Source: an uncultured Nitrospiraceae bacterium
GTDB lineage: Bacteria; Nitrospirota; Nitrospiria; Nitrospirales; Nitrospiraceae
Direction: 5' to 3'
Length of the DNA: 64,000 nucleotides
NCBI GenBank assembly: GCA_963846575.1
Contig: CAWJWJ010000001.1
Coordinates: forward strand, 448,001-512,000
A program made the position numbers and the translations under genes. Within the stretch, counting starts at the first letter, position 1. Each line of letters starts with the position of its first letter. This document shows, in pieces, positions 31,991 to 42,813 of this stretch. Under the pieces are notes generated by a model, which saw nothing but the letters and a program-made list of their open reading frames with translations, did not search any database and had not been told where the DNA came from.

Positions 31991-32548
31991 GTGAACACAT
32001 CCCATATCAGCAAACCATGGCATGTTGTCTTGAGATCCCCACGACAGACGCACCGTCTGGGACGAGGCCTTGGCCAATTGTTCAAGGGAGGCGAGGTGAT
32101 AGCCCTCTCCGGGGAACTGGGCACAGGAAAAACCTCACTGGTCAGAGGCATCGCCGAGGGGTTGCGTGCGGAACCGACCGATGTCAGCAGTCCCACCTTT
32201 ACCCTGATCCATGAATATCACGGACGGCTTCGGCTCGTTCATACCGATTTATACCGGCTGACCGCCTCACAACTCGAAGATACCGGCCTGAGTGACTACT
32301 TAGACGGCCAGACCGTAACCGCGATCGAGTGGGCAGACCGATGGGGTAACGGCCTTCCTCTTGACCGTCTGGAGATTCATCTATCACACCATCCCCCCAG
32401 GAGCCGCCGAGCGATTCTGACTGCCCAGGGGCTCGCGGCCTGCCGTTTGCTGGCCAAGCTTCGCACGCTCTGGTTGAAGAAACGTCCCCCTAGAGAGCCT
32501 CGGCAAACCCGTGTACAATTGCCCCGGTCAAGGAGGACTGCACATTGA
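31991..32548 (+). CDS. tsaE: tRNA t6A biosynthesis ATPase TsaE
   Basis: LSGELGTGKT, SSPTFTL, HTDLYRL, IEWA. Confidence 0.95.
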   Translation: MNTSHISKPWHVVLRSPRQTHRLGRGLGQLFKGGEVIALSGELGTGKTSLVRGIAEGLRAEPTDVSSPTFTLIHEYHGRLRLVHTDLYRLTASQLEDTGLSDYLDGQTVTAIEWADRWGNGLPLDRLEIHLSHHPPRSRRAILTAQGLAACRLLAKLRTLWLKKRPPREPRQTRVQLPRSRRTAH

Positions 32549-32889
32549 TTCGGTTGATACTGGTAGGGACGCTGCTCCTGCTTGCTTTGTCGTTTTTTCT
32601 CCAGAATCAGGAACAAGAAGTCACACTGCGGTATTTTTTTGGGCTTCGATCAGCGTCGATTCTAATCTATAAGCCGATCCTAGCGTCTTTTGCTGTCGGC
32701 CTGCTTGTGTCAGGAATTCTGCTATTCCCCGCCTGGGTACGCGGACGGATTGAACTGCGCCGAAAAACCAAGGCCCTTCAGGAAGCCGAGGTAGATCTGG
32801 AACGACTTAGGCAGGCCCTGGATAAGGCCGCACGCCGCATTGGGCCGTCCGAGATTACCGGCTCCGAAGGAGAATCCTCAAATGGGTGA
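32545..32889 (+). CDS. LapA-family small membrane protein
   Basis: FFLQNQEQEVTLRYFF, a second TM helix and a C-terminal coiled coil; overlaps both tsaE and mutS. Confidence 0.75.
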   Translation: MIRLILVGTLLLLALSFFLQNQEQEVTLRYFFGLRSASILIYKPILASFAVGLLVSGILLFPAWVRGRIELRRKTKALQEAEVDLERLRQALDKAARRIGPSEITGSEGESSNG

Positions 32890-35530
32890 CATCGACGGCA
32901 CCCCGTTGATGCGGCAGTATGGCGAGATCAAGCAGGCGTATCGTGACGCAATTGTGTTTTTTCGTGTCGGTGATTTTTATGAAATGTTCCAGGAGGATGC
33001 GGTCGAAGCGTCTAAACTTCTTTCAATCGCGCTGACATCACGAGACAAATCGAGTGCCACCCCGGTTCCTCTTTGCGGAGTTCCGTATCACGCCGCCCCC
33101 AATTACATCGCAAAACTACTCCGGGCAGGCCGCACGGTGGCGCTTTGTGAACAGGTGGAGGACCCCAAACTCGCCAAAGGACTTGTGCGGCGCGAGGTCG
33201 TCCGGCTCTATACTCCTGGCACCCTCATCGATAGCGAATTCCTTCCATCCAGTGACTCGAATGTACTGGCCGCTGTGGCCATCCGGATCCGCTCCCTGGG
33301 TGGGGGCCGTAGAGAATTGTCCTTTGGCTTAGCTGCCCTTGACGTATCAACCGGGGAATATTGGGTCAGTGAATATCATGGCGCCTCGTCCCAAACCGCT
33401 CTGTTGGACGAGTTGACTCGCCTGGAACCGAAGGAATTGTTATTTACCGACGGACTTTTACCGGAGGAGCGGCGCTGGATGGCTGATCTGACCGGCGTCC
33501 GCTGCTGCGCCCAGCCAGCTTCCTGGTTCGATCTGGACCAGGGGCGGATCATGCTACAAGAGCAGTTTCATGTGCATTCACTCGAAGCCTTTGGCTGTCA
33601 TACACTGATTCTCGCAATCCAAGCCGGCGCAGCTGTGCTGCGTTACATTCGGGGAACGCAACCCTCCGCTTCACTGGAACACATACGCCAGATACGCGTC
33701 AGACACCCCGATGACGCGATGCACCTCGATGCTGTGACTATTCGCAACCTGGAATTGGTGAAGCCTTCCGGCCGCGTGGACGAATCTTCAGGCTCCTCGT
33801 CTCACACCCTCCTGGGAGTTCTGGATCGCACCGTCACTGCCATGGGGAGCAGGCTGCTCCGGGAGTGGCTGCTTCGCCCCTTAATATCCTGTGAGGCGAT
33901 CGAGGCGCGCCATACGGCGGTCGACGAACTGATCACCCAACTCAATGCGCGAGTGCATCTTCGTTCGGCATTGCGAACAGTTCAGGATATCTCTCGGTTG
34001 TGCAGTCGCATTTCGGTTGGCATAGCCAATCCGCGAGATGTCTTGGCGTTGAAACTCTCCCTCGCCTCTCTTCCCGGAGTTCAAACCGGTCTGGCTACAC
34101 TGTCCGCTCCCCTCCTCACAGACCTGTCGGCAGCCTGGGACAACGCCCATGACCTCTACGAACTTCTCGAACAGGCGATTGTGTCGGACGCACCTATCTC
34201 GGTTCGCGATGGCGGCATTCTGAAAGACGGGTATCATCCGGAGGTAGATGAGCTTCGCAAAGCTAGTCGTGAAGGAAAAGGCTGGATAGCCGGGCTGGAG
34301 GCCAAGGAACGGGCCCGCACCGGCATCGAATCACTCAAAATCCGCTACAACCAAGTCTTCGGCTACTTCATTGAACTCACCAAAGCCAATCTTGGCAAGG
34401 TTCCACCGGACTTCATCCGGAAGCAGACTCTGGCGAATGCCGAACGATTTATGACCCCGGAGTTGAACGAACTCGAAGAAAAGGTGACCGGGGCCGATTC
34501 GAAACTGACGACGCTGGAGCAAAACCTCTTCGAGCAACTCAGAGCACGGTTGGCGGAGGAGACACAACGCCTCCAGGAGATCAGCCGGCGTTTGGCGACT
34601 CTGGATGTCCTCGCCGCCTTGGCAGAAATCGCCGCTCTGAACCGCTATGTACGACCAACAGTCGACGAAAGCGGTCGGCTTCATATCGATCAAGGCCGGC
34701 ACCCAGTAGTGGAACGCCTGGACCTTCCCGGCGGGTTCGTTCCAAATGATACATATCTGGACCTTGATACGAGCCGCTTGCACGTTCTGACCGGGCCGAA
34801 TATGGCAGGAAAAAGTACTTACCTCCGCCAAGTGGCACTCATCACCTTAATGGCCCAGATGGGAAGTTTTGTACCAGCCAGGGAAGCAAAGATCGGTATT
34901 GCCGATCGTGTCTTCACCCGCGTAGGCGCCTCCGACAACCTGGCTGCTGGCCAAAGCACCTTCATGGTCGAAATGACCGAGACGGCACATATTCTCAACT
35001 GTGCAACTGCCCGCAGCTTGATTCTCCTGGACGAAATCGGTCGCGGGACCAGCACTTATGATGGCTTGAGCATTGCCTGGGCGATCGCGGAATACATCCA
35101 GGATCCCCTCCGGCTTGGCGCACGGACACTGTTCGCCACGCACTACCATGAAATGACTCAACTCGAACGCCTTAGGGCGGGCATCACCAATTATTGCGTC
35201 GCCGTCCAGGAGAAGAACGGCGAGGTCCTTTTTTTACGCAAGATCATTCCCGGGGGGGCTGATCGCAGTTACGGCATTCATGTCGCGCAACTGGCCGGCC
35301 TTCCGGAACCGCTGATTCGACGTGCTCAGGCGATATTAGCCCAACTTGAATCCTCCTCGTCTTCCTCCCCCTCAGTTGTCTCGACATCCGAGCCCATAGA
35401 AACGGACAGCACCCTTCCAGCTCCGCATCCCATGCTTGATGAGGTACGGCAGATGGAACTCTTTTCGATGACGCCCCTGGAGGCCCTCAATCGTCTCGCG
35501 GCTCTTCAGCAACGATTGCTAACCGAATAG
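32882..35530 (+). CDS. mutS: DNA mismatch repair protein MutS
   Basis: TPLMRQY, FFRVGDFYEMF, TGPNMAGKST, STFMVEM, DEIGRGT, FATHYHE, SYGIHVA. Confidence 0.98.
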   Translation: MGDIDGTPLMRQYGEIKQAYRDAIVFFRVGDFYEMFQEDAVEASKLLSIALTSRDKSSATPVPLCGVPYHAAPNYIAKLLRAGRTVALCEQVEDPKLAKGLVRREVVRLYTPGTLIDSEFLPSSDSNVLAAVAIRIRSLGGGRRELSFGLAALDVSTGEYWVSEYHGASSQTALLDELTRLEPKELLFTDGLLPEERRWMADLTGVRCCAQPASWFDLDQGRIMLQEQFHVHSLEAFGCHTLILAIQAGAAVLRYIRGTQPSASLEHIRQIRVRHPDDAMHLDAVTIRNLELVKPSGRVDESSGSSSHTLLGVLDRTVTAMGSRLLREWLLRPLISCEAIEARHTAVDELITQLNARVHLRSALRTVQDISRLCSRISVGIANPRDVLALKLSLASLPGVQTGLATLSAPLLTDLSAAWDNAHDLYELLEQAIVSDAPISVRDGGILKDGYHPEVDELRKASREGKGWIAGLEAKERARTGIESLKIRYNQVFGYFIELTKANLGKVPPDFIRKQTLANAERFMTPELNELEEKVTGADSKLTTLEQNLFEQLRARLAEETQRLQEISRRLATLDVLAALAEIAALNRYVRPTVDESGRLHIDQGRHPVVERLDLPGGFVPNDTYLDLDTSRLHVLTGPNMAGKSTYLRQVALITLMAQMGSFVPAREAKIGIADRVFTRVGASDNLAAGQSTFMVEMTETAHILNCATARSLILLDEIGRGTSTYDGLSIAWAIAEYIQDPLRLGARTLFATHYHEMTQLERLRAGITNYCVAVQEKNGEVLFLRKIIPGGADRSYGIHVAQLAGLPEPLIRRAQAILAQLESSSSSSPSVVSTSEPIETDSTLPAPHPMLDEVRQMELFSMTPLEALNRLAALQQRLLTE

Positions 35531-35563
35531 TTGCCTTCTCACCCCAGAACTATTCAGGTGCTG

Positions 35564-35609
35564 AAAAAAACAAAGGCGGCGCTCCTTCCGGAGCACCGCC
35601 TTCATTTTT
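35564..35609. terminator. Intrinsic terminator, probably bidirectional, between mutS and the exported-protein pair
   Basis: AAGGCGGCGCTCC-TTCC-GGAGCACCGCCTT hairpin (one G-U pair on the minus strand) flanked by an A7 run and a T run. Confidence 0.8.
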
Positions 35610-35631
35610 CAGCCCGTGGGACTAAAACCTA

Positions 35632-36309
35632 CTAGTGCTTAGCACTTCCACGGTTATACTGTGCCGTCCAGGGAATGAGGTTGGCAAGCGGCTTGCCATC
35701 CGGCGTCAGTACGTCATACTGCATCAGCACATTCGCTCCATCTGGAGACTTCGGTGACGTGTTGAGCATCGTCATCGCCGCTGCACAGGCTGGGTCCTGC
35801 ACGGCCTTCCCTTCACAATCCTTCAGGCGAAGGGATGAAATGCTCCTGGTCTTGCCCATCTCTCCTGCATTGTCATTGAGCTTCTTGACGGTTGAAATCA
35901 CGCGGTGATTTTGCTCGGTCTCCTGTGCCACGAATTCCACCAAAGTGGTCGGCGAACCTGGCGGAACCTCTTTCGCCGCGGCCGGGCCGGCATGCGGACG
36001 AGCCATCGACTTCAATTGCTCCCAGACATTCTTGTCAGCAGGATAGAACTTGAGATTCTTTCCCGGGTGAATGCGCTGCCAGAACAGGCCGCTTTCGGCA
36101 TTACCACCAAACACCGCGATATTGATCCAGACCGCTTCATCATAGGGATCCAAAATAATCACTCGCCCCTGAAGCGTCGTGGGCTTGCTCAAATCTCCCC
36201 ATTCAAAGCGTTCCTGGAACGCCTCAATGGCCATTGCGGTGGAGGCAAACCCCACCACCAGAGCCACGGCAGCCATGAAAGACCACCCCTGCTTTTGAAG
36301 CTTCATCAT
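35632..36309 (-). CDS. Uncharacterised exported protein (about 225 aa)
   Basis: Sec signal ending TAMA|, strong AAGGAGG RBS, two Cys 10 aa apart near the C-terminus. Confidence 0.85.
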   Translation of the reverse strand: MMKLQKQGWSFMAAVALVVGFASTAMAIEAFQERFEWGDLSKPTTLQGRVIILDPYDEAVWINIAVFGGNAESGLFWQRIHPGKNLKFYPADKNVWEQLKSMARPHAGPAAAKEVPPGSPTTLVEFVAQETEQNHRVISTVKKLNDNAGEMGKTRSISSLRLKDCEGKAVQDPACAAAMTMLNTSPKSPDGANVLMQYDVLTPDGKPLANLIPWTAQYNRGSAKH

Positions 36310-36366
36310 CACATCCTCCTTAAAGAAGACAAAAGAGTCTAAAGAATGTCGCCTCGCATATAAATT

Positions 36367-36879
36367 TTACTTCAAGAGCTTAAAGCCGGTAATGGTTCGA
36401 CCATCAAGTGTTACTTCCATCGCCACGAGTTCCTGCGATGCCTTGATGATCTGATCCATCAGGTTCTTGTCCTTGACAGACAAGCGAACCGTAGTGGCGG
36501 AATTATACCAACCGGCGTAGGGATTGTTTTTGTCAGTGCCACCGGTAAAACCCCAGGCGCAACATACAAAGAGTGGATCCGGAGGCTTAACGTCCATCTG
36601 CGTGGAAGAGCGGCCACCACCCTCCCCAGAGGCTGGTTCAGCCGTATTCCAGTACTGAATCCCAAAGAGAATTTCGCTCTCAGGATTGTCCGCCCACTGC
36701 GACCAGACACGCCCCTTCAAGGTGTTGGTGGTTTCGCCCTTATAGAGCTTTCCACTTCCCGTAGTTATTTCGCTGACACCACCCCCTGATGGAGCGTCAG
36801 CTGCCACCGAAATCCCGGAGGCGAGCAAACCAATAACGGAGGACACTGCAAGTGTGGCTAGAATTCCGACCCTATTCAT
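36367..36879 (-). CDS. Uncharacterised exported protein (170 aa)
   Basis: Signal peptide ending SVAA|D, AAGGAGG RBS, vicinal CC. Confidence 0.85.
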   Translation of the reverse strand: MNRVGILATLAVSSVIGLLASGISVAADAPSGGGVSEITTGSGKLYKGETTNTLKGRVWSQWADNPESEILFGIQYWNTAEPASGEGGGRSSTQMDVKPPDPLFVCCAWGFTGGTDKNNPYAGWYNSATTVRLSVKDKNLMDQIIKASQELVAMEVTLDGRTITGFKLLK

Positions 36880-37072
36880 AACCCTACCCTCCTTGGAAAA
36901 ATGATGACCAGAGAAACTTTAAATCAAGACGCTCTAAAAAAAGAGTTCAAAAAACACAATTCAGAGAACGCGCTAGGAGGAGGAAGTGTGACTGACACCC
37001 CCTTTCTCTCTGCTTACCTTCCCCTGTAATGCAGCCGAAATAAAATTACAATTTGGTAGTGAAAACGCGGCC

Positions 37073-37101
37073 ATGGTACTGAAATCCATGAAAGGTGTCA
37101 A
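37073..37101 (-). promoter_or_regulatory. Near-consensus sigma70 promoter of the exported-protein pair
   Basis: TTGACA-N17-TACCAT on the minus strand, implying a leader of about 185 nt. Confidence 0.68.
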
Positions 37102-37248
37102 GGAAATGTTTTGCCGTTCCATCATCACCTTCGCTAACTTGGATCAATTACGTTATCAAAGACTTATTCTATTTTACGTCGTAGTTTCGCATGCTGATTT
37201 GATCCGAAACCCCGCCGGTGAGGCCGCGAATCTGTGATGCCTTAGGCC

Positions 37249-38502
37249 TTAAGTCGCGAATGATTGCAGGCTCCGGGATGAGATCGGCCCCAACGCCGTG
37301 ATAGCCAGACATTGCTCATCCAGCAAAGTTTGCGCCACTCGGTAGACCTGATCGGTGGTAACACGATCGATTTCTGTTGTCATCTGTTCTAGTGAAACGT
37401 GGCAGCCTTGCGTCAACTCATCCTTGGCCAACTTGCTCATACGACTATGCGAACTCTCCAAACTGAGCATCAAACTCCCCTTCATTTGATTTTTAACTCG
37501 AGCCAGATCCTTCGCATCGATCCCGCGAGTGCGAAGCTTCTTCAGTTCGCGGCACACGACGTCCACGACGCGCTGAACTTCCTTCGGTCTCGTGCCCGCA
37601 TAAACAGTGATCATGCCCCCATCGGAATAGGTGGACAGAAAGGAATAAATAGAATAGACGAGGCCTCGCTTCTCTCGCACTTCCTGAAAAAGACGCGAAC
37701 TGACACTCCCCCCCAACACTCCGTTTAACGCGTGGGCCGCATAACGATCTTTGTGTCCGGCAGCCAGACCTTGAAGCCCTAAACAGAGGTGAACCTGCTC
37801 CAATGTCTTACGCTTTACCAGTACGCCCCCTCCGACTTCAGGCGGCCGACGAGTCGACCTAACCGGCGTGCCTTTGTGCGAATCGGAGAAGTACCGGGCC
37901 AGTAGCCGCTCCAAACGGCTCCAAGTAAAGTTTCCTGCCACCGCCACCACCGTGCGTTCCGGATCATAGTGCGACCCGACATAGGCAAGCAAATCATTGC
38001 GGCCGAGAGCTTGAATCCGCGGGGCCTGGCCCAGAATTGGTCTACCCAGCGGATGGCTCCCCAAGGTGTGTTTCATGTGGAGTTCCTGAACAAGATCCTC
38101 GGGATCGTCCTGAACCATTCGGATCTCTTCGAGTACCACCTGCTTTTCCTTCTCCACCTCCTTGGATTCGAAGCGTGAACGGTAGAACAGATCCGAAAGA
38201 AGCTCCAAAGCGGCTTCGAGTTGCTGATCCAGCACCTTCACATAGAAGGTCGTGGTTTCACGAGTGGTGAACGCATTCATTTCCCCACCCAACGCATCGA
38301 TCTCACGGGATATCTGCGTTGCAGACCGGCTTCGCGTGCCCTTGAAAAACATGTGCTCGAGGAAATGGGAGAGCCCTTCTTCGCCACGCTGCTCGTCGCG
38401 AGATCCGACATTCACCCAGATCCCAATCGTGACAGACTTCAGTGTCGGGATCAGTTCGGCCACAATACGCAGCCGGTTGTCCAAAACGATCTTACGATAC
38501 AC
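37249..38502 (-). CDS. M16-family (pitrilysin-like) zinc peptidase
   Basis: GLSHFLEHMFFKGT (HxxEH), MNAFT, SRLFQEVREKRGLVY; usual position after pnp. Confidence 0.95.
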   Translation of the reverse strand: MYRKIVLDNRLRIVAELIPTLKSVTIGIWVNVGSRDEQRGEEGLSHFLEHMFFKGTRSRSATQISREIDALGGEMNAFTTRETTTFYVKVLDQQLEAALELLSDLFYRSRFESKEVEKEKQVVLEEIRMVQDDPEDLVQELHMKHTLGSHPLGRPILGQAPRIQALGRNDLLAYVGSHYDPERTVVAVAGNFTWSRLERLLARYFSDSHKGTPVRSTRRPPEVGGGVLVKRKTLEQVHLCLGLQGLAAGHKDRYAAHALNGVLGGSVSSRLFQEVREKRGLVYSIYSFLSTYSDGGMITVYAGTRPKEVQRVVDVVCRELKKLRTRGIDAKDLARVKNQMKGSLMLSLESSHSRMSKLAKDELTQGCHVSLEQMTTEIDRVTTDQVYRVAQTLLDEQCLAITALGPISSRSLQSFAT

Positions 38503-38508
38503 GATCGA

Positions 38509-40626
38509 TTAACCTGCCGGCGTGGGCTCGGTGGCAGGAGAGCCAGCTGGCGCCGGCATCGCTTCCTTCCGGCTTAGGCGTATCTTTCCCTGCTTATCTA
38601 TTTCCAGCACCTTGACCATCACCTGGTCACCCTCGGACACCTCGTCTGTCACCGCCTTGACCCGATGATGGGCGAGCTGGGAGATATGGACAAGTCCATC
38701 GGTTCCCGGCAAAACCTCGACAAAAGCGCCGAAATCCATGATCTTCCGAACGGTGCCACGATAGATCTTGCCGACCTCCACTTCCTCGGTCAGACGCTTA
38801 ATCATATCGATTGCCTTCTGTGCCGATGCCTCATCCGAGGAGGCAATCGTAACGTCCCCTGTGTCTTCGACATTAATCTTTACACCGGTCTCCGAAATGA
38901 TGCTGCGAATCATTTTTCCGCCTGGACCAATGACGTCGCGAATTTTATCTTGTTTGATCTTCATCGGGAAAATTCGCGGTGCGAAGGCGGACAGTTTGGT
39001 CCGCGGGGTAGTCAGAGCCTGAGCCATACACCCAAGGATGTGCAACCTTCCCGCTTTTGCCTGTTCCAAAGCCTCCCGCATAAGGGTAGACGTAATGCCG
39101 CCAATCTTGATGTCCATCTGGAGCGCCGTCACTCCGTTCTTTGTCCCCGTCACCTTGAAATCCATATCGCCCAGGTGATCTTCGAGACCAAGAATATCGG
39201 AGAGAACCAATACCTGCTCCCCTTCTTTAATCAACCCCATGGCGATGCCCGCCACCGGCTCCTTGATAGGAACGCCGGCGTCCAGCAAAGCCAACGTACC
39301 GCCACAGACCGTGGCCATAGAGGATGATCCATTCGACTCCAGGATTTCCGAGACGAGTCTCAAGGTATAGGGGAATTTATCTTTGGCGGGAATGACCGAT
39401 TTCAACGCCCGTTCCGCCAGCGCGCCATGCCCAACCTCACGACGACCCGGTGACCGAAGCGGTCGTGCCTCACCAACGCTGAAAGGCGGGAAATTGTAAT
39501 GCAGCATGAAGGTGCGCATGTACTCACCTTCCAAAGCATCGATGCGCTGCTCGTCATCAGTCGTGCCGAGCGTCACGACTGCAAGGCTCTGGGTCTCGCC
39601 TCGAGTGAAGACCGCGGATCCATGGGCTCTTGGCAGCACCCCTACCTCGCAGGTAATCGGACGAATGTCCGTTGGGCCGCGACCATCCGCACGCACCCGT
39701 TTTTCGAGAATCATGTTACGCACTTCCGTATATTCCAGGCCGTGAAAAATAATCTTCACGTGCCGGTCCCGATTCGGCTCCTCGGACTTGAGCTTCGCAA
39801 TCGTCTCCGTCAACACCTGATCCAACCGTTCCTGCCGCGCACTTTTATTGGGAATCAGGATCGCTTCACGGATCGGTCCGGCCACTAATTCACGCACCTG
39901 TGACGTCAGTGCCGCATCGATAGCCTCCTGCTTCACTACTCGCTTTGGTTTGCCGGCGAGCCCGCGCAACTCCTCGATCTTCGCCACGATTTTCTTTATC
40001 TCGCTATGCGCCAATTCGATTGCTTCCAGCATAGTCGATTCGGATAACTCGCTAGCTCCGGCTTCCACCATCATAACGGCATCCGCCGTCCCAGCCACGA
40101 CCAGATGGAGTTCACTCGTCTCCAGCACCTCTAAGTCAGGATTCACCACGAATTGGCCGTCGACACGCCCGATCTTGACGGCTGCAATGGGGCCGTTGAA
40201 CGGGATATTGGAGATGGCCAGCGCCGCGGAAGCCGCAATCAGCCCGATTACATCCGACACGCCGGTCTTGTCGGCAGACAACACCGAGGCAATGACTTGG
40301 GTTTCGAAGTAGTATCCCTCCGGGAACAGGGGCCGTAGCGGGCGATCGATCAACCGGCTGGTGAGCACTTCTCGTTCAGACGGACGACCTTCGCGTTTGA
40401 AATAGCCACCAGGTATCTTTCCTGCGGCATATGTCTTTTCCTGGTAATCCACGGTCAGCGGCAGAAAATCCACACCAGGCTTGGCGTTTTGTGACGCCAC
40501 GGCCGTTGCCAGCACGACGGTATCGCCATAAGTCGCCCAAATGGCCCCATCTGCCTGTTTAGCAATGCGACCGGTCTCCAGCGTCAACCGGCGACCCGCA
40601 AGTTCAATCTCTACAGTATGTTTCAT
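38509..40626 (-). CDS. pnp: Polyribonucleotide nucleotidyltransferase
   Basis: [43 protein letters not shown] and S1 domains. Confidence 0.99.
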   Translation of the reverse strand: MKHTVEIELAGRRLTLETGRIAKQADGAIWATYGDTVVLATAVASQNAKPGVDFLPLTVDYQEKTYAAGKIPGGYFKREGRPSEREVLTSRLIDRPLRPLFPEGYYFETQVIASVLSADKTGVSDVIGLIAASAALAISNIPFNGPIAAVKIGRVDGQFVVNPDLEVLETSELHLVVAGTADAVMMVEAGASELSESTMLEAIELAHSEIKKIVAKIEELRGLAGKPKRVVKQEAIDAALTSQVRELVAGPIREAILIPNKSARQERLDQVLTETIAKLKSEEPNRDRHVKIIFHGLEYTEVRNMILEKRVRADGRGPTDIRPITCEVGVLPRAHGSAVFTRGETQSLAVVTLGTTDDEQRIDALEGEYMRTFMLHYNFPPFSVGEARPLRSPGRREVGHGALAERALKSVIPAKDKFPYTLRLVSEILESNGSSSMATVCGGTLALLDAGVPIKEPVAGIAMGLIKEGEQVLVLSDILGLEDHLGDMDFKVTGTKNGVTALQMDIKIGGITSTLMREALEQAKAGRLHILGCMAQALTTPRTKLSAFAPRIFPMKIKQDKIRDVIGPGGKMIRSIISETGVKINVEDTGDVTIASSDEASAQKAIDMIKRLTEEVEVGKIYRGTVRKIMDFGAFVEVLPGTDGLVHISQLAHHRVKAVTDEVSEGDQVMVKVLEIDKQGKIRLSRKEAMPAPAGSPATEPTPAG

Positions 40627-40770
40627 CTATGGTCTCCTTCAGTTAAGTCCCACAGATGCCCACAGAGATACGCTCCATCGAAAGACCGATTCCGGTCGAT
40701 CCGGCTCTCATTACGTTCATCGAACATAACGCGAGGCGAGCCTATGTCAGTGTTCACCTGCAAGGACAAT

Positions 40771-40802
40771 AGTCGCCGCCACGTGAAATGGTGGCGGCGA
40801 CT
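40771..40802 (-). terminator. Stem-loop between rpsO and pnp
   Basis: AGTCGCCGCCAC-N8-GTGGCGGCGACT, a perfect 12-bp stem with a weak U tail (terminator or processing site). Confidence 0.62.
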
Positions 40803-40813
40803 CGTTCACACGC

Positions 40814-41083
40814 TTATTTACGAATGCCCAGACGCTCTAAAATCGCACGATACCGCGCCTCGCTGATATGACGAAGGTAATCCAAGAGCCGTCGTCGCCG
40901 CCCGACTAATGTCAACAGCCCGCGACGAGAGTGGTGGTCCTTCTTGTGTAACTTAAAATGTTCCGTCAGATAGGTGATACGGTTCGTCAGAATGGCAATT
41001 TGCACTTCTGGAGAGCCGGTGTCCTTATCGTGCTGTTGGAAACTTTTCACCAGCTCCGTTTTTACTTCTTTCACGAGTGCCAT
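40814..41083 (-). CDS. rpsO: 30S ribosomal protein S15
   Basis: [24 protein letters not shown]. Confidence 0.99.
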   Translation of the reverse strand: MALVKEVKTELVKSFQQHDKDTGSPEVQIAILTNRITYLTEHFKLHKKDHHSRRGLLTLVGRRRRLLDYLRHISEARYRAILERLGIRK

Positions 41084-41097
41084 ACGTGTCTGCTCCT

Positions 41098-42120
41098 CTA
41101 TTGAATTCGCGATTCTACCGTCTTGTCATCTTGCGTGACCAATACTTTCGAAACAGCAATCGATTGTTCGCTGAGACTCGGCTTCTCAATCTCCCCACTC
41201 ACCGGCAGCATCCCAATAGCCAGCAGACGCCCGGATTCGTCCCTCAGGCGGATAGCCCGACTTGACCCAGCCCCGACCGACGTGGGCCAGCCGTCCCATC
41301 TCAGTACTTCCGTGAAGGAAACTGGCATTCCGTGCAACACTCGTCTGGCCGTCCCAGCTCCCACGATGCAGGCCGGAAGGCTGGCCAGCGCTTCGTCCAG
41401 ACTGAGCATCGAAGTGGCGAGTGTGCCCTGCTTCAAACGTGACTCGACCTCATCCACCGTTAGCGCCCGTTCCACCATGAGCGGGCCCACACGCTCGCGA
41501 ATCAAGCTCGACATATGGCCACCCACTCCCAGTCTGTCGCCGATATCCGCGCACAGTGTCCGCACATAGGTGCCCTTGGAACAGACCACCCGGATTGTCA
41601 CATCGGGAATCTGAATATCGACAATGTCGAGGCGAAAAATTGTCACTTCCCGGGACTGGCGCTCGACGTCGCGCCCGGCGCGTGCTGCTTTATATAACGG
41701 GACACCGCCCACCTTGACCGCCGAGTACATCGGCGGAATCTGGCGAATGGGCCCTTGGAACTCTGCCGTGACCTTGCGAATTCCACTTTCCGTCACCGAC
41801 TCGGTCGCCGCCTGCTGAAGCACAGTTCCGGTGGCATCCTGCGTGTCGGTGGTTATGCCGAGTCGCAAGCATGCCAAATAGGTCTTGTCCCATTCCACTA
41901 AATAATCTGCGATACGAGTCCCGCGCCCTATCAGCAACGGCAATACGCCGGTTGCTGCCGGATCCAACGTGCCGGCATGGCCCAACTTCATTCCCTGCAA
42001 CCTTCCACGAATCCGGGCCACCACGTCATGCGAAGTCCATCCCGCTTCCTTGCGGACATTGAGTACCCCGTCCTGGAGAACGGAACCCAATCGGTGATCC
42101 TTGGTGGCGATCATGGTCAC
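41098..42120 (-). CDS. truB: tRNA pseudouridine(55) synthase
   Basis: [38 protein letters not shown]. Confidence 0.97.
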   Translation of the reverse strand: MTMIATKDHRLGSVLQDGVLNVRKEAGWTSHDVVARIRGRLQGMKLGHAGTLDPAATGVLPLLIGRGTRIADYLVEWDKTYLACLRLGITTDTQDATGTVLQQAATESVTESGIRKVTAEFQGPIRQIPPMYSAVKVGGVPLYKAARAGRDVERQSREVTIFRLDIVDIQIPDVTIRVVCSKGTYVRTLCADIGDRLGVGGHMSSLIRERVGPLMVERALTVDEVESRLKQGTLATSMLSLDEALASLPACIVGAGTARRVLHGMPVSFTEVLRWDGWPTSVGAGSSRAIRLRDESGRLLAIGMLPVSGEIEKPSLSEQSIAVSKVLVTQDDKTVESRIQ

Positions 42121-42123
42121 AGC

Positions 42124-42522
42124 CTAAACATCGCTAGGACTAGCTTCGTCCGCTGTCTCGGTTTGAATGTGGTCACGGTGCAAGCCGTCCAACAATTCCA
42201 AGACCCGATCGGCTCGGGGGCCGCTCACGTCCTTCACAAACATCAATTCCGGCAGATACCTCAGCGCCAACCGGCGCCCCAGCTCGGCCCGTACAAATCC
42301 GCTCGCCTTAGCCAGGCCTTCGAACACGTACCGCTCACCCTCTTTCGGCTCCATGGTAGTAACATAGACTCGAGCGATACGCAGATCCTTGGTCAGTTCC
42401 ACGTCAGTCACGGTGACCGTGCGCACACGCGGGTCCTTGATTTTTCGCATGAGGATGTCCGCGACTTCCATGCGGATCTGGTCCGCCACGCGATCGGCCC
42501 GGTTATACGTCGATTTGCTCAT
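42124..42522 (-). CDS. rbfA: Ribosome-binding factor A
   Basis: RADRVADQI, IKDPRV, DLRIARVY, LRYLPELMF. Confidence 0.96.
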   Translation of the reverse strand: MSKSTYNRADRVADQIRMEVADILMRKIKDPRVRTVTVTDVELTKDLRIARVYVTTMEPKEGERYVFEGLAKASGFVRAELGRRLALRYLPELMFVKDVSGPRADRVLELLDGLHRDHIQTETADEASPSDV

Positions 42523-42531
42523 GAAGTGGCC

Positions 42532-42813
42532 TCAGAGCAACTCAATGTGCGAACGCACCAGTTGAATCGTGGGCATACTCCGAATGAGATTCACAGCTTG
42601 ATCCATCACTTGATTCACATGCACGGATTCGTTGGCGACACAGGCCAGACCGAGAATCGCCTTTTGCCACAAATCCTGCTCTCCCACCTCGGCAACCGAA
42701 AGATTGAACTTGTCTCGCAATCGAGTCTTCACGCTCTGCAAGACGCGACGCTTATCTTTCAGTGAATGGCCGTCAGGGATGAATAACTCCACCGTACAAA
42801 GCCCTACGATCAT
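42532..42813 (-). CDS. DUF503 (YlxP-like) protein
   Basis: [23 protein letters not shown]; lies between infB and rbfA. Confidence 0.92.
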   Translation of the reverse strand: MIVGLCTVELFIPDGHSLKDKRRVLQSVKTRLRDKFNLSVAEVGEQDLWQKAILGLACVANESVHVNQVMDQAVNLIRSMPTIQLVRSHIELL

